Of a stretch of 57,046 nt of DNA, positions 7,882 through 16,100 are shown piece after piece. The stretch is from Nitrospirota bacterium (GTDB lineage Bacteria; JACPQY01): the NCBI GenBank assembly GCA_016180645.1, contig JACPAV010000027.1:1-57046 (forward strand). The letters run 5' to 3'. The notes below the pieces were generated by a model. It did no database searches and was not told the origin of the DNA. It saw nothing but the letters and a program-made list of their open reading frames with translations. Numbering within the stretch: the first letter of the stretch is position 1; each line of letters begins with the position of its first letter. The position numbers and the translations under genes are program-made.

Positions 7882-8937
7882 CTACGCGTGCCCCGCGCGT
7901 CGGACGTAGATCGGCAGATCCGTCAACTCCGACCGCCTTCGATATTGCAGATGTCCTTTGAAGTACGACTCGACCGCCACCCCTCTCTCTTTCAGGAGAT
8001 CCAAGTGCCCCACCAGCCAGGAAAAGGTACTGAAATCGAGAGGGCCGTGTGATAGCCCATTCAGACCCGCGTGGACTTCGTGAGGGGACACGGCCATATG
8101 GGTCAATCGCGCCGCGATCGCGTTGGATTCCCGTTCCAGTTCACTGAGGACCGTTTCCACGCGCTCCTTGGATTTCTCCACCACTTTCCCATGACCGGGA
8201 AGGATCAGGGAGGGCGAAAGGTAGTAAACCTTCTTGAGTGACCGCCAGTATTGGGGGAAGGACCGATATCGGTGCCCATCCGGATCGAACATGACGGCGG
8301 CCACCGGGCGGGCTGCCCCCTGCAAGTGGTCTCCGGAGAACATGACATCCGCTTCATAACTGAAGAAGCAGGAGTGCCCGGGGGTGTGCCCCGGAGTCCG
8401 CACGACTTCCAGCGAGAAATCTTCGAATTCGATCATGTCGCCGTCGTCGAAACCGATGTCCACCACAAAGGGCGATGCCTGCCGGGCCTTCCTCGCCAGT
8501 CCCCGCAAGATGCGCTTCCGAGGCTCCGAGGGAAACCGACATTGCCGCATCAGGCGCGCGAGGCGAACAAGGCCCCGTTTCAAGGGAGCGGGATGGGTCT
8601 TGTATAATTCCATGTCGCCCCGATAGGCGCAAACCTGCGCGTCGGATAGATCCTTGATCCGCCGGGCCAGTCCGAAATGGTTGATGTGCGCATGCGTTAG
8701 GAGAACGCGCCGGACATCCTGGAGGGTGTACCCCAAGTTCTTGACTCCCCGGTCCAGCACCTCAAATGCTTCGTCCTGATCCGGGCCGGTATCCACCAAG
8801 GTAAGTTGCTCGTCCTCGATCAGGTAGACGTTCATGGAAAACCTTCGGTCCTTCCTCTGCGGATAGAGGGGCAGACGGATCAAATGAATCCGAGCGAGAA
8901 TTCCTTCCCGAGTCCCACGGCCGGTTCCGAGTGTCAT
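7882..8937 (-). CDS. MBL-fold metallo-hydrolase
   Basis: LVDTG, THAHINHFG (usual HxHxDH Asp is Asn), PGHTPG, SGDH, PGHG; start chosen just after a TGnTACAAT -10 box. Confidence 0.85.
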   Translation of the reverse strand: MTLGTGRGTREGILARIHLIRLPLYPQRKDRRFSMNVYLIEDEQLTLVDTGPDQDEAFEVLDRGVKNLGYTLQDVRRVLLTHAHINHFGLARRIKDLSDAQVCAYRGDMELYKTHPAPLKRGLVRLARLMRQCRFPSEPRKRILRGLARKARQASPFVVDIGFDDGDMIEFEDFSLEVVRTPGHTPGHSCFFSYEADVMFSGDHLQGAARPVAAVMFDPDGHRYRSFPQYWRSLKKVYYLSPSLILPGHGKVVEKSKERVETVLSELERESNAIAARLTHMAVSPHEVHAGLNGLSHGPLDFSTFSWLVGHLDLLKERGVAVESYFKGHLQYRRRSELTDLPIYVRRAGHA

Positions 8938-8990
8938 AGGCTCAAATTGTAGCAGAGGGCCTGCGCGGCGACCATTGGATCTGGCGCGCA

Positions 8991-9019
8991 TTGACATCAA
9001 ATATCGATTTCCCTATCGT
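8991..9019 (+). promoter_or_regulatory. Sigma70 promoter of the lipase-ArsA operon
   Basis: TTGACA-17 nt-TATCGT; ATG follows after 6 nt. Confidence 0.7.
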
Positions 9020-9025
9020 AACCGG

Positions 9026-9967
9026 ATGTTGCATTTTCTCTACAACCTCCTGATCTTCATTTTCGTCCTGAGTTTTATCTTTGTGTTCCTGACGTATTTC
9101 ATTTTCCTCTACGAATGGGGCAATGCCACCCCCGAGGAGCGCAAGGAGGTAGAGCCCCTGGCCATCGGTCTGGCCTTTATCAAGGAGGTCTTTTACACCT
9201 ACGTGCAGGCCCTGGGCCTTCCCCTCGGATATCTCCATTGGGAGAATCTTCTCAGCGTGAGCGCGCCCCGCAACTCTGTACCCTTTGTATTCGTCCACGG
9301 CTACATGCAAACCCCCTCCGTGTTCCTCTACATGCGATATCGGATGAAAAAGCGGGGTTGGGGGAAGACGTTCGTGGTCCACCTGAGACCCCGCACCGCA
9401 CCCGTCGAGATTCTTGCCGAAGTCATCATGCGCAAGGTCGAGGAGGTCAAACGCATCACCGGCCAACCCCGCGTGGTTCTCGTCGCACACAGTCTCGGAG
9501 GATTGGCGGCGATGTACTACATTGAAAAACTGGGAGGCAGAGGCTCGGTGCACCGGGCCGTCCTCATCGGTACTCCGTTCCAAGGAACGAAGCTCTCGAT
9601 CCTGGGGCTCGGGGCGAATGCGCGACAGATGCGATACAAGAATGCGTTTCTTTCCTCCCTTTTCGAGCCCAACATGCAGACCGGCGTTCCGGTGCTGGCG
9701 TGCCAGATCATCCCGGACAATCTGATCATTCCCAACCATTCGGCGTTACCCCCGTTCATGGCCAAGACCACGGTTGTTCGAGCCATGGGCCATCTGGGGT
9801 GCCTTTTTTCGGAGGAGCTCCTGGATGAGATCCTCAAGTTCTCCGACCCCCAGGATGGGGGAAGTGCCGCGAGTAGACAGGAGTCTGGAGCGGCCGAGGC
9901 GGAAACCTCACCGGCCCCTTCCATCGGAGCAAGCGCCGAACCCAAAGGACAGGAGTCCGCGGCGTAG
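9026..9967 (+). CDS. Membrane-anchored alpha/beta hydrolase (lipase-like)
   Basis: N-terminal TM segment; VHGY, AHSLGG nucleophile elbow, GTPFQG, GH. Confidence 0.85.
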   Translation: MLHFLYNLLIFIFVLSFIFVFLTYFIFLYEWGNATPEERKEVEPLAIGLAFIKEVFYTYVQALGLPLGYLHWENLLSVSAPRNSVPFVFVHGYMQTPSVFLYMRYRMKKRGWGKTFVVHLRPRTAPVEILAEVIMRKVEEVKRITGQPRVVLVAHSLGGLAAMYYIEKLGGRGSVHRAVLIGTPFQGTKLSILGLGANARQMRYKNAFLSSLFEPNMQTGVPVLACQIIPDNLIIPNHSALPPFMAKTTVVRAMGHLGCLFSEELLDEILKFSDPQDGGSAASRQESGAAEAETSPAPSIGASAEPKGQESAA

Positions 9968-10005
9968 CCGCCTCGTTCTCACCCGGGGCCCCGACAGATA
10001 TCCCC

Positions 10006-10941
10006 ATGACCCGCCTGTTCCACAAGAAACTGGTCATCGTTACCGGCAAGGGCGGCGTAGGCAAGAGCACCACCTCCGCAGCGTTGGCCGTACTGGCTCG
10101 GCGGAAGAAGAAACGACCCCTCGTCCTCGAGCTGACCGAGTTTGAAGCCATGCCCACCCTTTTCGGTTCCAAGAGAGGGCGAGCGAACGGCGATCTCGTC
10201 GCCGACGGGATCCGTTCGATGAGAATCATACTCGAAGAGGCGATCCCCGAGTATCTCACTTTGAAGCTCAAGATCCGCGCCGTCAGCGACATGCTCTACA
10301 AGAATCCGGTGGTCAAGTATTTCACGAAGACCGCGCCGGGATTTCAGGAACTCGTGGTCACAGGAAAGATCTGGTACATGGCGCAGGAGATGGCCAAGAA
10401 CGGAAAGCGCCATCCCTACGACTTCATCATCTTCGACGCCCCTTCGACGGGCCACTGTCTTCAGATGTTGAAGGTTCCCCGGGTCGTTTCCCAAATGGTC
10501 CGCGTCGGGCCGATCGTCGAGGAAACGGAAGCGATGCACGATTTCTACCATGATCCTGACCGTTCAGGCATTCTTTTGGTTACACTCCTCCAGGAAATGC
10601 CGATCAATGAGGCCACGCAGATGGCGGCCTCGTTGAGGGACGATCAGGATTTGGGCATCGAATCGCTCGTCATCAACGAAGTATTCCAGGTCGACAAGGA
10701 CGTGCTCGACGAGAAGGCCCGCGCGGCGTGCCCGGAGGGCGCCTCGGAAGAAGCTTGGGCTGCACTTGAAAAGGCCCGCCAGGATCTCGAAATGCTCCAC
10801 GACGCTCAGGAGATTTATCGCGAGCGGCTGAAGGAGGAGGTCAAGGCACCCCAGGTCGAACTGCCGCTGCTCCTCAAGTCGCCGTTGGCCACCGAAGACA
10901 TCGAAATCATGGCCGATGCCCTGGAGGAGAAATTCGAGTGA
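10006..10941 (+). CDS. ArsA/Get3-like ATPase, first of pair
   Basis: GKGGVGKST; DAPSTGH; EMPINE. Confidence 0.88.
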   Translation: MTRLFHKKLVIVTGKGGVGKSTTSAALAVLARRKKKRPLVLELTEFEAMPTLFGSKRGRANGDLVADGIRSMRIILEEAIPEYLTLKLKIRAVSDMLYKNPVVKYFTKTAPGFQELVVTGKIWYMAQEMAKNGKRHPYDFIIFDAPSTGHCLQMLKVPRVVSQMVRVGPIVEETEAMHDFYHDPDRSGILLVTLLQEMPINEATQMAASLRDDQDLGIESLVINEVFQVDKDVLDEKARAACPEGASEEAWAALEKARQDLEMLHDAQEIYRERLKEEVKAPQVELPLLLKSPLATEDIEIMADALEEKFE

Positions 10942-12095
10942 CCTTCCTCGACAAACTCATCCGGCAGAAAGAGGTCATCATTTTCGGGGGTGGCGGCGGC
11001 GTGGGCAAAACGACCCTGGCCGCGGCCGTGGCGCTTCACGCCGCCGTGGAAGGACGGAAAACGCTGGTCATGACGATTGACCCGGCGAAGCGCCTGGCCG
11101 ATTCCCTCGGCGTTCGCTCGCTCGGAAACGAAGAACGCGAAGTATCCCTCGATGAACTTTCCAAGAACGGCACGAAGCCCAAAGGCCAACTCTTCGCCCT
11201 CATGCTCGACCCCAAGAAGACGTTCGACGACATGGTCCGCAAGTTCGCTCCACGCCAGGAGGTGGTCGACCGGATTTTTGGAAACCGTTTATACCAGCAG
11301 ATTACCACCACACTCGCGGGTATGTATGAGTATACGGCCATCGAAAAGCTCTACGAATTGCATCAGGCCCGAGAGTACGACCTCATCGTGGTGGACACGC
11401 CGCCCACCAAGCATGCGCTCGAATTCCTCGAAGCGCCCAACCGGCTCGTCGAATTCTTCCAGAGCGGCGTCGTTCGATGGTTTCTCCGCCCCTACGTCAG
11501 CATCGGCAAACTCGGATTCAAGCTCGTGGAGCGGGGCGCCGACCTGCTCTTCAAGATCTTCGAAGGCATCACGGGATTCAGCATCGTACGCGACGTTTCG
11601 GAATTCTTCATGGCCCTCGAAGACATTTGGGAGGGCCTCGCCTTCCGGGCCAAGGAATCCCGGGAGCAGTTGGAGCAGGATTCTACCGCGTTCGTCCTGG
11701 TGTCCTCCCCCCATCAGCAGAACGTGAAGGAGGTCCTTTTCTATCACGAGAAACTCCGCGAGGCCCGAATCCCGTTCGGCGGCTTCGTGGTGAATCGATT
11801 CCACTTCCCGTATCTCCCGAAAAAGGACAGGAGAAGTCTTTTGGACGATACGGAGAGGGCCATCGAAGAGCATTTGAGCAAGTCCTCCCAGCCCAAATAC
11901 CGAAGGCTACTGGAAAACCTCCGGGCGATTGAAGACCTGTCAGACTACGATCAGCGCGGCGTGGACCTGATTCGCGAGGAAGTCGCCAAATCCCCCATCG
12001 TCTGTGTCCCGGCGCTTCCCACGGACGTCTACTCCCTCCCCACCCTCCACCGCCTCGCCACTCACCTCTTCGGCAACAACGGCAAGGACGCCTGA
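10938..12095 (+). CDS. ArsA/Get3-like ATPase, second of pair
   Basis: GGGGVGKTT; TIDPAKRLA; DTPPT; GTGA overlap with the upstream gene. Confidence 0.9.
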   Translation: MTFLDKLIRQKEVIIFGGGGGVGKTTLAAAVALHAAVEGRKTLVMTIDPAKRLADSLGVRSLGNEEREVSLDELSKNGTKPKGQLFALMLDPKKTFDDMVRKFAPRQEVVDRIFGNRLYQQITTTLAGMYEYTAIEKLYELHQAREYDLIVVDTPPTKHALEFLEAPNRLVEFFQSGVVRWFLRPYVSIGKLGFKLVERGADLLFKIFEGITGFSIVRDVSEFFMALEDIWEGLAFRAKESREQLEQDSTAFVLVSSPHQQNVKEVLFYHEKLREARIPFGGFVVNRFHFPYLPKKDRRSLLDDTERAIEEHLSKSSQPKYRRLLENLRAIEDLSDYDQRGVDLIREEVAKSPIVCVPALPTDVYSLPTLHRLATHLFGNNGKDA

Positions 12096-12107
12096 CGGCG
12101 TCGGGGA

Positions 12108-12842
12108 CTATTCAAGGGGAAGGGCAATGCTGAAGCCGGAGCCGCCGGCACCGGGCTTCTGACCACACAGCTTGGTCTTGCTGATCGGCTCGATCGAGCC
12201 CTTCGGATCGCCATGGCAGGTGAGGCACACCGGTAGGAAGTATTCGGGCTGAATGAGCCTGAGCGACCTCTTTCCGCGAAATGTTGTGATCTCGGAGTAC
12301 GGCTCCCCTTTCGGGAGTTCCTCCTTCCTGAACCGCATGAGGATCTTCTCTTCCCAATCATCGGGATCGTTCACCGGGTTGTGGATGATTTCCCGGATGG
12401 ACGTCAGCTTGGCGTACGCCCCCGGCATCTTGGCCGTGAATTTCGCCGAGGTTTGGCGCGCAAAGACCACGGGCAGGAAACCCTTGTAGGACTTCCCCTT
12501 TTCGTTGATGAGATGTTGCGCCTCACGGACCACCTCGTTCATGGACTCCCACAACAGTTTCACCACAGGCGGCATGGCCGCATCGCTCGGATCGATACTA
12601 AACAGCCTTTTCGAGCGCTCGATCGTTTTTTGCGCAAACACATCGGCCGTGAATCCCTTGTCGCCCAGATTCGGTTCATTGATGAGTCCCTGGTTTTCCG
12701 CAAGAACCTGTCGGGCGGCCGTCATGACCTGAGCCAGGAGGGTCGCCTCGTATTTCTCCTTGGCCGCCCGCTCCGCCGCCCCGGAAGGGCCCGAAGCCAG
12801 GATGAACAGACCGACCATAGCTGCGCTGACGAGTTTCTTCAC
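12108..12842 (-). CDS. Periplasmic c-type heme protein, DUF3365/Tll0287-like
   Basis: Signal peptide; HNPVNDPDDWE; CLTCH heme-binding motif. Confidence 0.8.
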   Translation of the reverse strand: MKKLVSAAMVGLFILASGPSGAAERAAKEKYEATLLAQVMTAARQVLAENQGLINEPNLGDKGFTADVFAQKTIERSKRLFSIDPSDAAMPPVVKLLWESMNEVVREAQHLINEKGKSYKGFLPVVFARQTSAKFTAKMPGAYAKLTSIREIIHNPVNDPDDWEEKILMRFRKEELPKGEPYSEITTFRGKRSLRLIQPEYFLPVCLTCHGDPKGSIEPISKTKLCGQKPGAGGSGFSIALPLE

Positions 12843-14527
12843 GTTAGCCTCCTTGATTTTGTCGGACCCACCTGCGGTGGCCCTGCCTTTGAAGGATCGG
12901 GCAGCTCCTGCCTCGGTGCCTGTCCGGAACCGGCCGTGCCCTCGGAAGACGGCCTGCCCGAAGACCGAGCTGCCGTGCCGACGGTCGGTCCCCCCGCGAT
13001 CGGTCCATCGCGGCGTGCAAAGGGTGGCGCATGGATCAGGCTCGCGGGCGGCTTCGGCGGAGGATATTTGAACCGTGAGGGGGCACTCCCCGCGCCGGGA
13101 TTCGATGCCGCGGTTGCGGCCACGGCAGAAGGGCCCACCACGGGTCGGGAGGGCTGGGGCATCGCGGCCTGGGCGGTCACGGGCGCACCCGCAAGCACGA
13201 AATCGGGATACGCCTTCGCTCCATGTTCATGCACGTCGAGGCCGTCGATCTCTTCCGCCTCGCTGACTCGAAGACCGAAGAGCGCCTTGATCGCCGCAAA
13301 AAGCGCGAAGCCCCCGGCCACGCACACCAGGAAAACGGAAATTGATCCCAGCAACTGCACGCCCATGAACCGCCATGCAGCGACGTCTTGAAAATGGTAC
13401 GCGACGCCCTGCTTCACGTGGAACACCCCCGTCAACACCGTGCCGAGAACCCCGCACACGGCGTGTACGGAGACGGCCCCCACCGGGTCGTCGATGCGAA
13501 GTGAATCGAGCGCCACGACGGCGTGCACCACCACGATTCCCGCGGTGAGCCCGATGCAGATACTCCCGGCCGGGCTGACGAAATAGCAGCCGGCCGTGAT
13601 GGCCACGAGACCGCCCAGCGTTCCGTTAAGTGCCATGCCGATGTCCGGCTTTCCGAACTTGAGCCAGGAGGTGATCAAGGCCGCCACGGCGCCCATCGCC
13701 GCCGCCAGGTTGGTCGTCACCGCCGTGTTGGAGATCCCGTCCCAGTCCAGCCCCATCGTGCTGCCGGGGTTGAAACCGAACCAGCCAAGCCAGAGAATGA
13801 ACGTCCCCAAGGATGCCAGCGGCATGGAGTGGCCCGGGATCGGATGGACTTTTCCGTCGCGCCCGTATTTGCCAATCCTCGGCCCGAGCATGATGGCTCC
13901 GCAGAGGCCGAACCACCCGCCCACCGAGTGGACCACGGTCGATCCTGCAAAGTCGACCATGCCGAGTTTCGCCAGCCATCCTCCTCCCCAGATCCAGTGG
14001 CCGATGACCGGATAGACCACACCGCTGATGATGAGGCTGTAGATCAAGTAGGCCCTAAAGGTGATGCGCTCCGCCACCGCCCCCGAGACGATGGTGGCCG
14101 CCGTCCCCGCAAAAACGAGCTGGAAAAACCATGCGCACAGTGTCGGGACGCTCGTCCAAGCCAGGGCCGGGTAGAGATCCCCCGTATCGGCTTTCGCGAA
14201 AAATCCGGTCCATCCCAGGAAGTCGTTTCCCGCGCCGAACATGAAGGCGAAGCCGACGGCCCAGAACGCCAGCGAGCTGATGCAGAAATCGAGGAGGTTC
14301 TTCATCATGAGGTTCACCGAGTTCTTCGCCCGGCAATAACCGCTCTCCACCATGGCGAAACCCGCCTGCATCCAGAACACGAGCATGGCCGTGATCATGG
14401 TCCACGCCGTATCCGCCATCAGCTTGTGTTCGCTGACCGATTCACCGTTGATCTTGCCGTCGAGGGCCCACGCGATGCCGGGCATAAGGATCATGAGCAC
14501 GAGAACCGGGAAGGATCGAAATCTCAC
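12839..14527 (-). CDS. amtB: Ammonium transporter Amt with Pro/Ala-rich C-terminal tail
   Basis: MQAGFAMVESG, IVSGAVAER, DFAGSTVVH, GWFGFN, DDPVGAVSVH; GTG start 1 nt after the cheB stop, with AAGGAG RBS. Confidence 0.95.
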   Translation of the reverse strand: MRFRSFPVLVLMILMPGIAWALDGKINGESVSEHKLMADTAWTMITAMLVFWMQAGFAMVESGYCRAKNSVNLMMKNLLDFCISSLAFWAVGFAFMFGAGNDFLGWTGFFAKADTGDLYPALAWTSVPTLCAWFFQLVFAGTAATIVSGAVAERITFRAYLIYSLIISGVVYPVIGHWIWGGGWLAKLGMVDFAGSTVVHSVGGWFGLCGAIMLGPRIGKYGRDGKVHPIPGHSMPLASLGTFILWLGWFGFNPGSTMGLDWDGISNTAVTTNLAAAMGAVAALITSWLKFGKPDIGMALNGTLGGLVAITAGCYFVSPAGSICIGLTAGIVVVHAVVALDSLRIDDPVGAVSVHAVCGVLGTVLTGVFHVKQGVAYHFQDVAAWRFMGVQLLGSISVFLVCVAGGFALFAAIKALFGLRVSEAEEIDGLDVHEHGAKAYPDFVLAGAPVTAQAAMPQPSRPVVGPSAVAATAASNPGAGSAPSRFKYPPPKPPASLIHAPPFARRDGPIAGGPTVGTAARSSGRPSSEGTAGSGQAPRQELPDPSKAGPPQVGPTKSRRLT

Positions 14528-14528
14528 T

Positions 14529-15596
14529 TCACTCTCCTTTCGCCGCGCCGATTCCCGTATGGAACCAGGCGATGAGGGCCGACGCCAGGTCGTCCACCGG
14601 CACAATCCGGTCGACGCAACCCAGCAACACGGCCGATTGGGGCATGCTGTAAATGACAGACGTCTTTTCATCCTGGACCATCGTGCGACCCCCTCGACCC
14701 TTGATCGCCCGAAGGCCTTCCGCCCCGTCGTGTCCCATCCCCGTGAGGAGAACGCCCGCCGCGTGAGAGCCGAAAGCTTCGGAGACCGATTTCAGCGTCA
14801 CATCGATGCAGGGTCGATAAGGATACAGGTCAACGTTTCCGTTGAGCCGAACCCGGCCGTCCGGTGCTACGGTGAGATTGGAGTTCCCTGGAACCAGCAG
14901 GGCGGCCGCGGCCTCCAGGTTGTCCCCATCTTGGGCCTCCCGAACACGGATGCGCGAGATTCGGTCCAAGCGCTGCGACAGAGGCCCGGTGAATTCCGGA
15001 GGCATGTGCTGGACGATGATCGTCGCCGCCGGAAAATGTTCGGGCAGACGGGGGATCAGCGCCTCCAAGGCCGAGGGCCCCCCCGTTGAGGCGCCGATCA
15101 CCACGACGCACAGACCTTTCCCATTCAGACGAGCGGGGCCCGCAAGGGCGGCGGATGGCCGCCCGCCGATCGGCCCGGGCCGCGGCGTGGTCCCCCGCAC
15201 GGCCCGGACCTTGTCCACCAATTCCTTCACCGTGCGGGTGAGATCGACGGATACCTCGCCGGACGGCTTCGACACAAAATCGACCGCTCCGGCCGCCAGT
15301 GCCTCAAGCGTTTCGGAGGCCCCTTCCCGCGTGTAGGCGCTCAACATGATGACCGGCGTCGGCCGGCGGTCCATGATCCTTCGCACCGCGGCGATACCGT
15401 CCATCACCGGCATCCGCACATCCATGACCACAACGTCCGGGCGGATTTGAAGAACCTTCTCGACGGCATCCTCGCCGTTCCGGGCCGCGTCCACGACCTC
15501 GATATCACCGTACTGGGCGATCTCTCGCTGGAGGGCGAGCCGCATGAAGTGGGAATCGTCCACGAGCAGGGTTCGAATTCTATCGGATGCCGTCAC
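14529..15596 (-). CDS. cheB: Chemotaxis methylesterase CheB (REC + esterase)
   Basis: REC domain; GASTGG, QHMP and GMGHDG catalytic motifs. Confidence 0.95.
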   Translation of the reverse strand: MTASDRIRTLLVDDSHFMRLALQREIAQYGDIEVVDAARNGEDAVEKVLQIRPDVVVMDVRMPVMDGIAAVRRIMDRRPTPVIMLSAYTREGASETLEALAAGAVDFVSKPSGEVSVDLTRTVKELVDKVRAVRGTTPRPGPIGGRPSAALAGPARLNGKGLCVVVIGASTGGPSALEALIPRLPEHFPAATIIVQHMPPEFTGPLSQRLDRISRIRVREAQDGDNLEAAAALLVPGNSNLTVAPDGRVRLNGNVDLYPYRPCIDVTLKSVSEAFGSHAAGVLLTGMGHDGAEGLRAIKGRGGRTMVQDEKTSVIYSMPQSAVLLGCVDRIVPVDDLASALIAWFHTGIGAAKGE

Positions 15597-16096
15597 GAGG
15601 ACTCCTCCTTTCCGTTGGCAGGCAGTAGGCTGGCGGCGCGGAGGATCATGATCAGGCGACCGTCCATCCGTGCCACCGCCTCCAGGAAGCTCCGGTGGAC
15701 GCCGATCAGCTCGGCAGGAACTTCCGAGAGGGACGGCTTGGGGACTCGGATGACGCGGCTTAATGCATCCACGATGCAGCCGACCGTTCGTTTCCCACCG
15801 CCCCCTGCCGACGGAGATTCCACAAAAATAATGCGGGACTTCGGACCTGGCGAATCGGCACCCATCCCGAAAAGTGCGCGGAGGCTGACCACCGGAATCA
15901 CTTCGCCCCGCACATCCACCATGCCGACCACCGCCTCGGGCGCGTGGGGGACCTGGGTGACGGCCTGCATCTTGTCCACCTCCCGAACGTCCTGAATCGG
16001 GAAAGCAAAGTCTTCATCCCGGACCCGAAATCCGACGAGCTGAATCATTTCCAAACCCGGCTGTGCCTGCGCTTTTTCCCGGTTTCGTCGCCTCAT
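15593..16096 (-). CDS. cheW: CheW
   Basis: VREV..VTQVPHAP..GMVDVRGEVIPVV. Confidence 0.9.
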   Translation of the reverse strand: MRRRNREKAQAQPGLEMIQLVGFRVRDEDFAFPIQDVREVDKMQAVTQVPHAPEAVVGMVDVRGEVIPVVSLRALFGMGADSPGPKSRIIFVESPSAGGGGKRTVGCIVDALSRVIRVPKPSLSEVPAELIGVHRSFLEAVARMDGRLIMILRAASLLPANGKEESS

Positions 16097-16100
16097 GAAT

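Noticed and set aside
14528-14671. N-terminal extension of AmtB
   Set aside because: Overlaps cheB; the RBS supports GTG at 14527.
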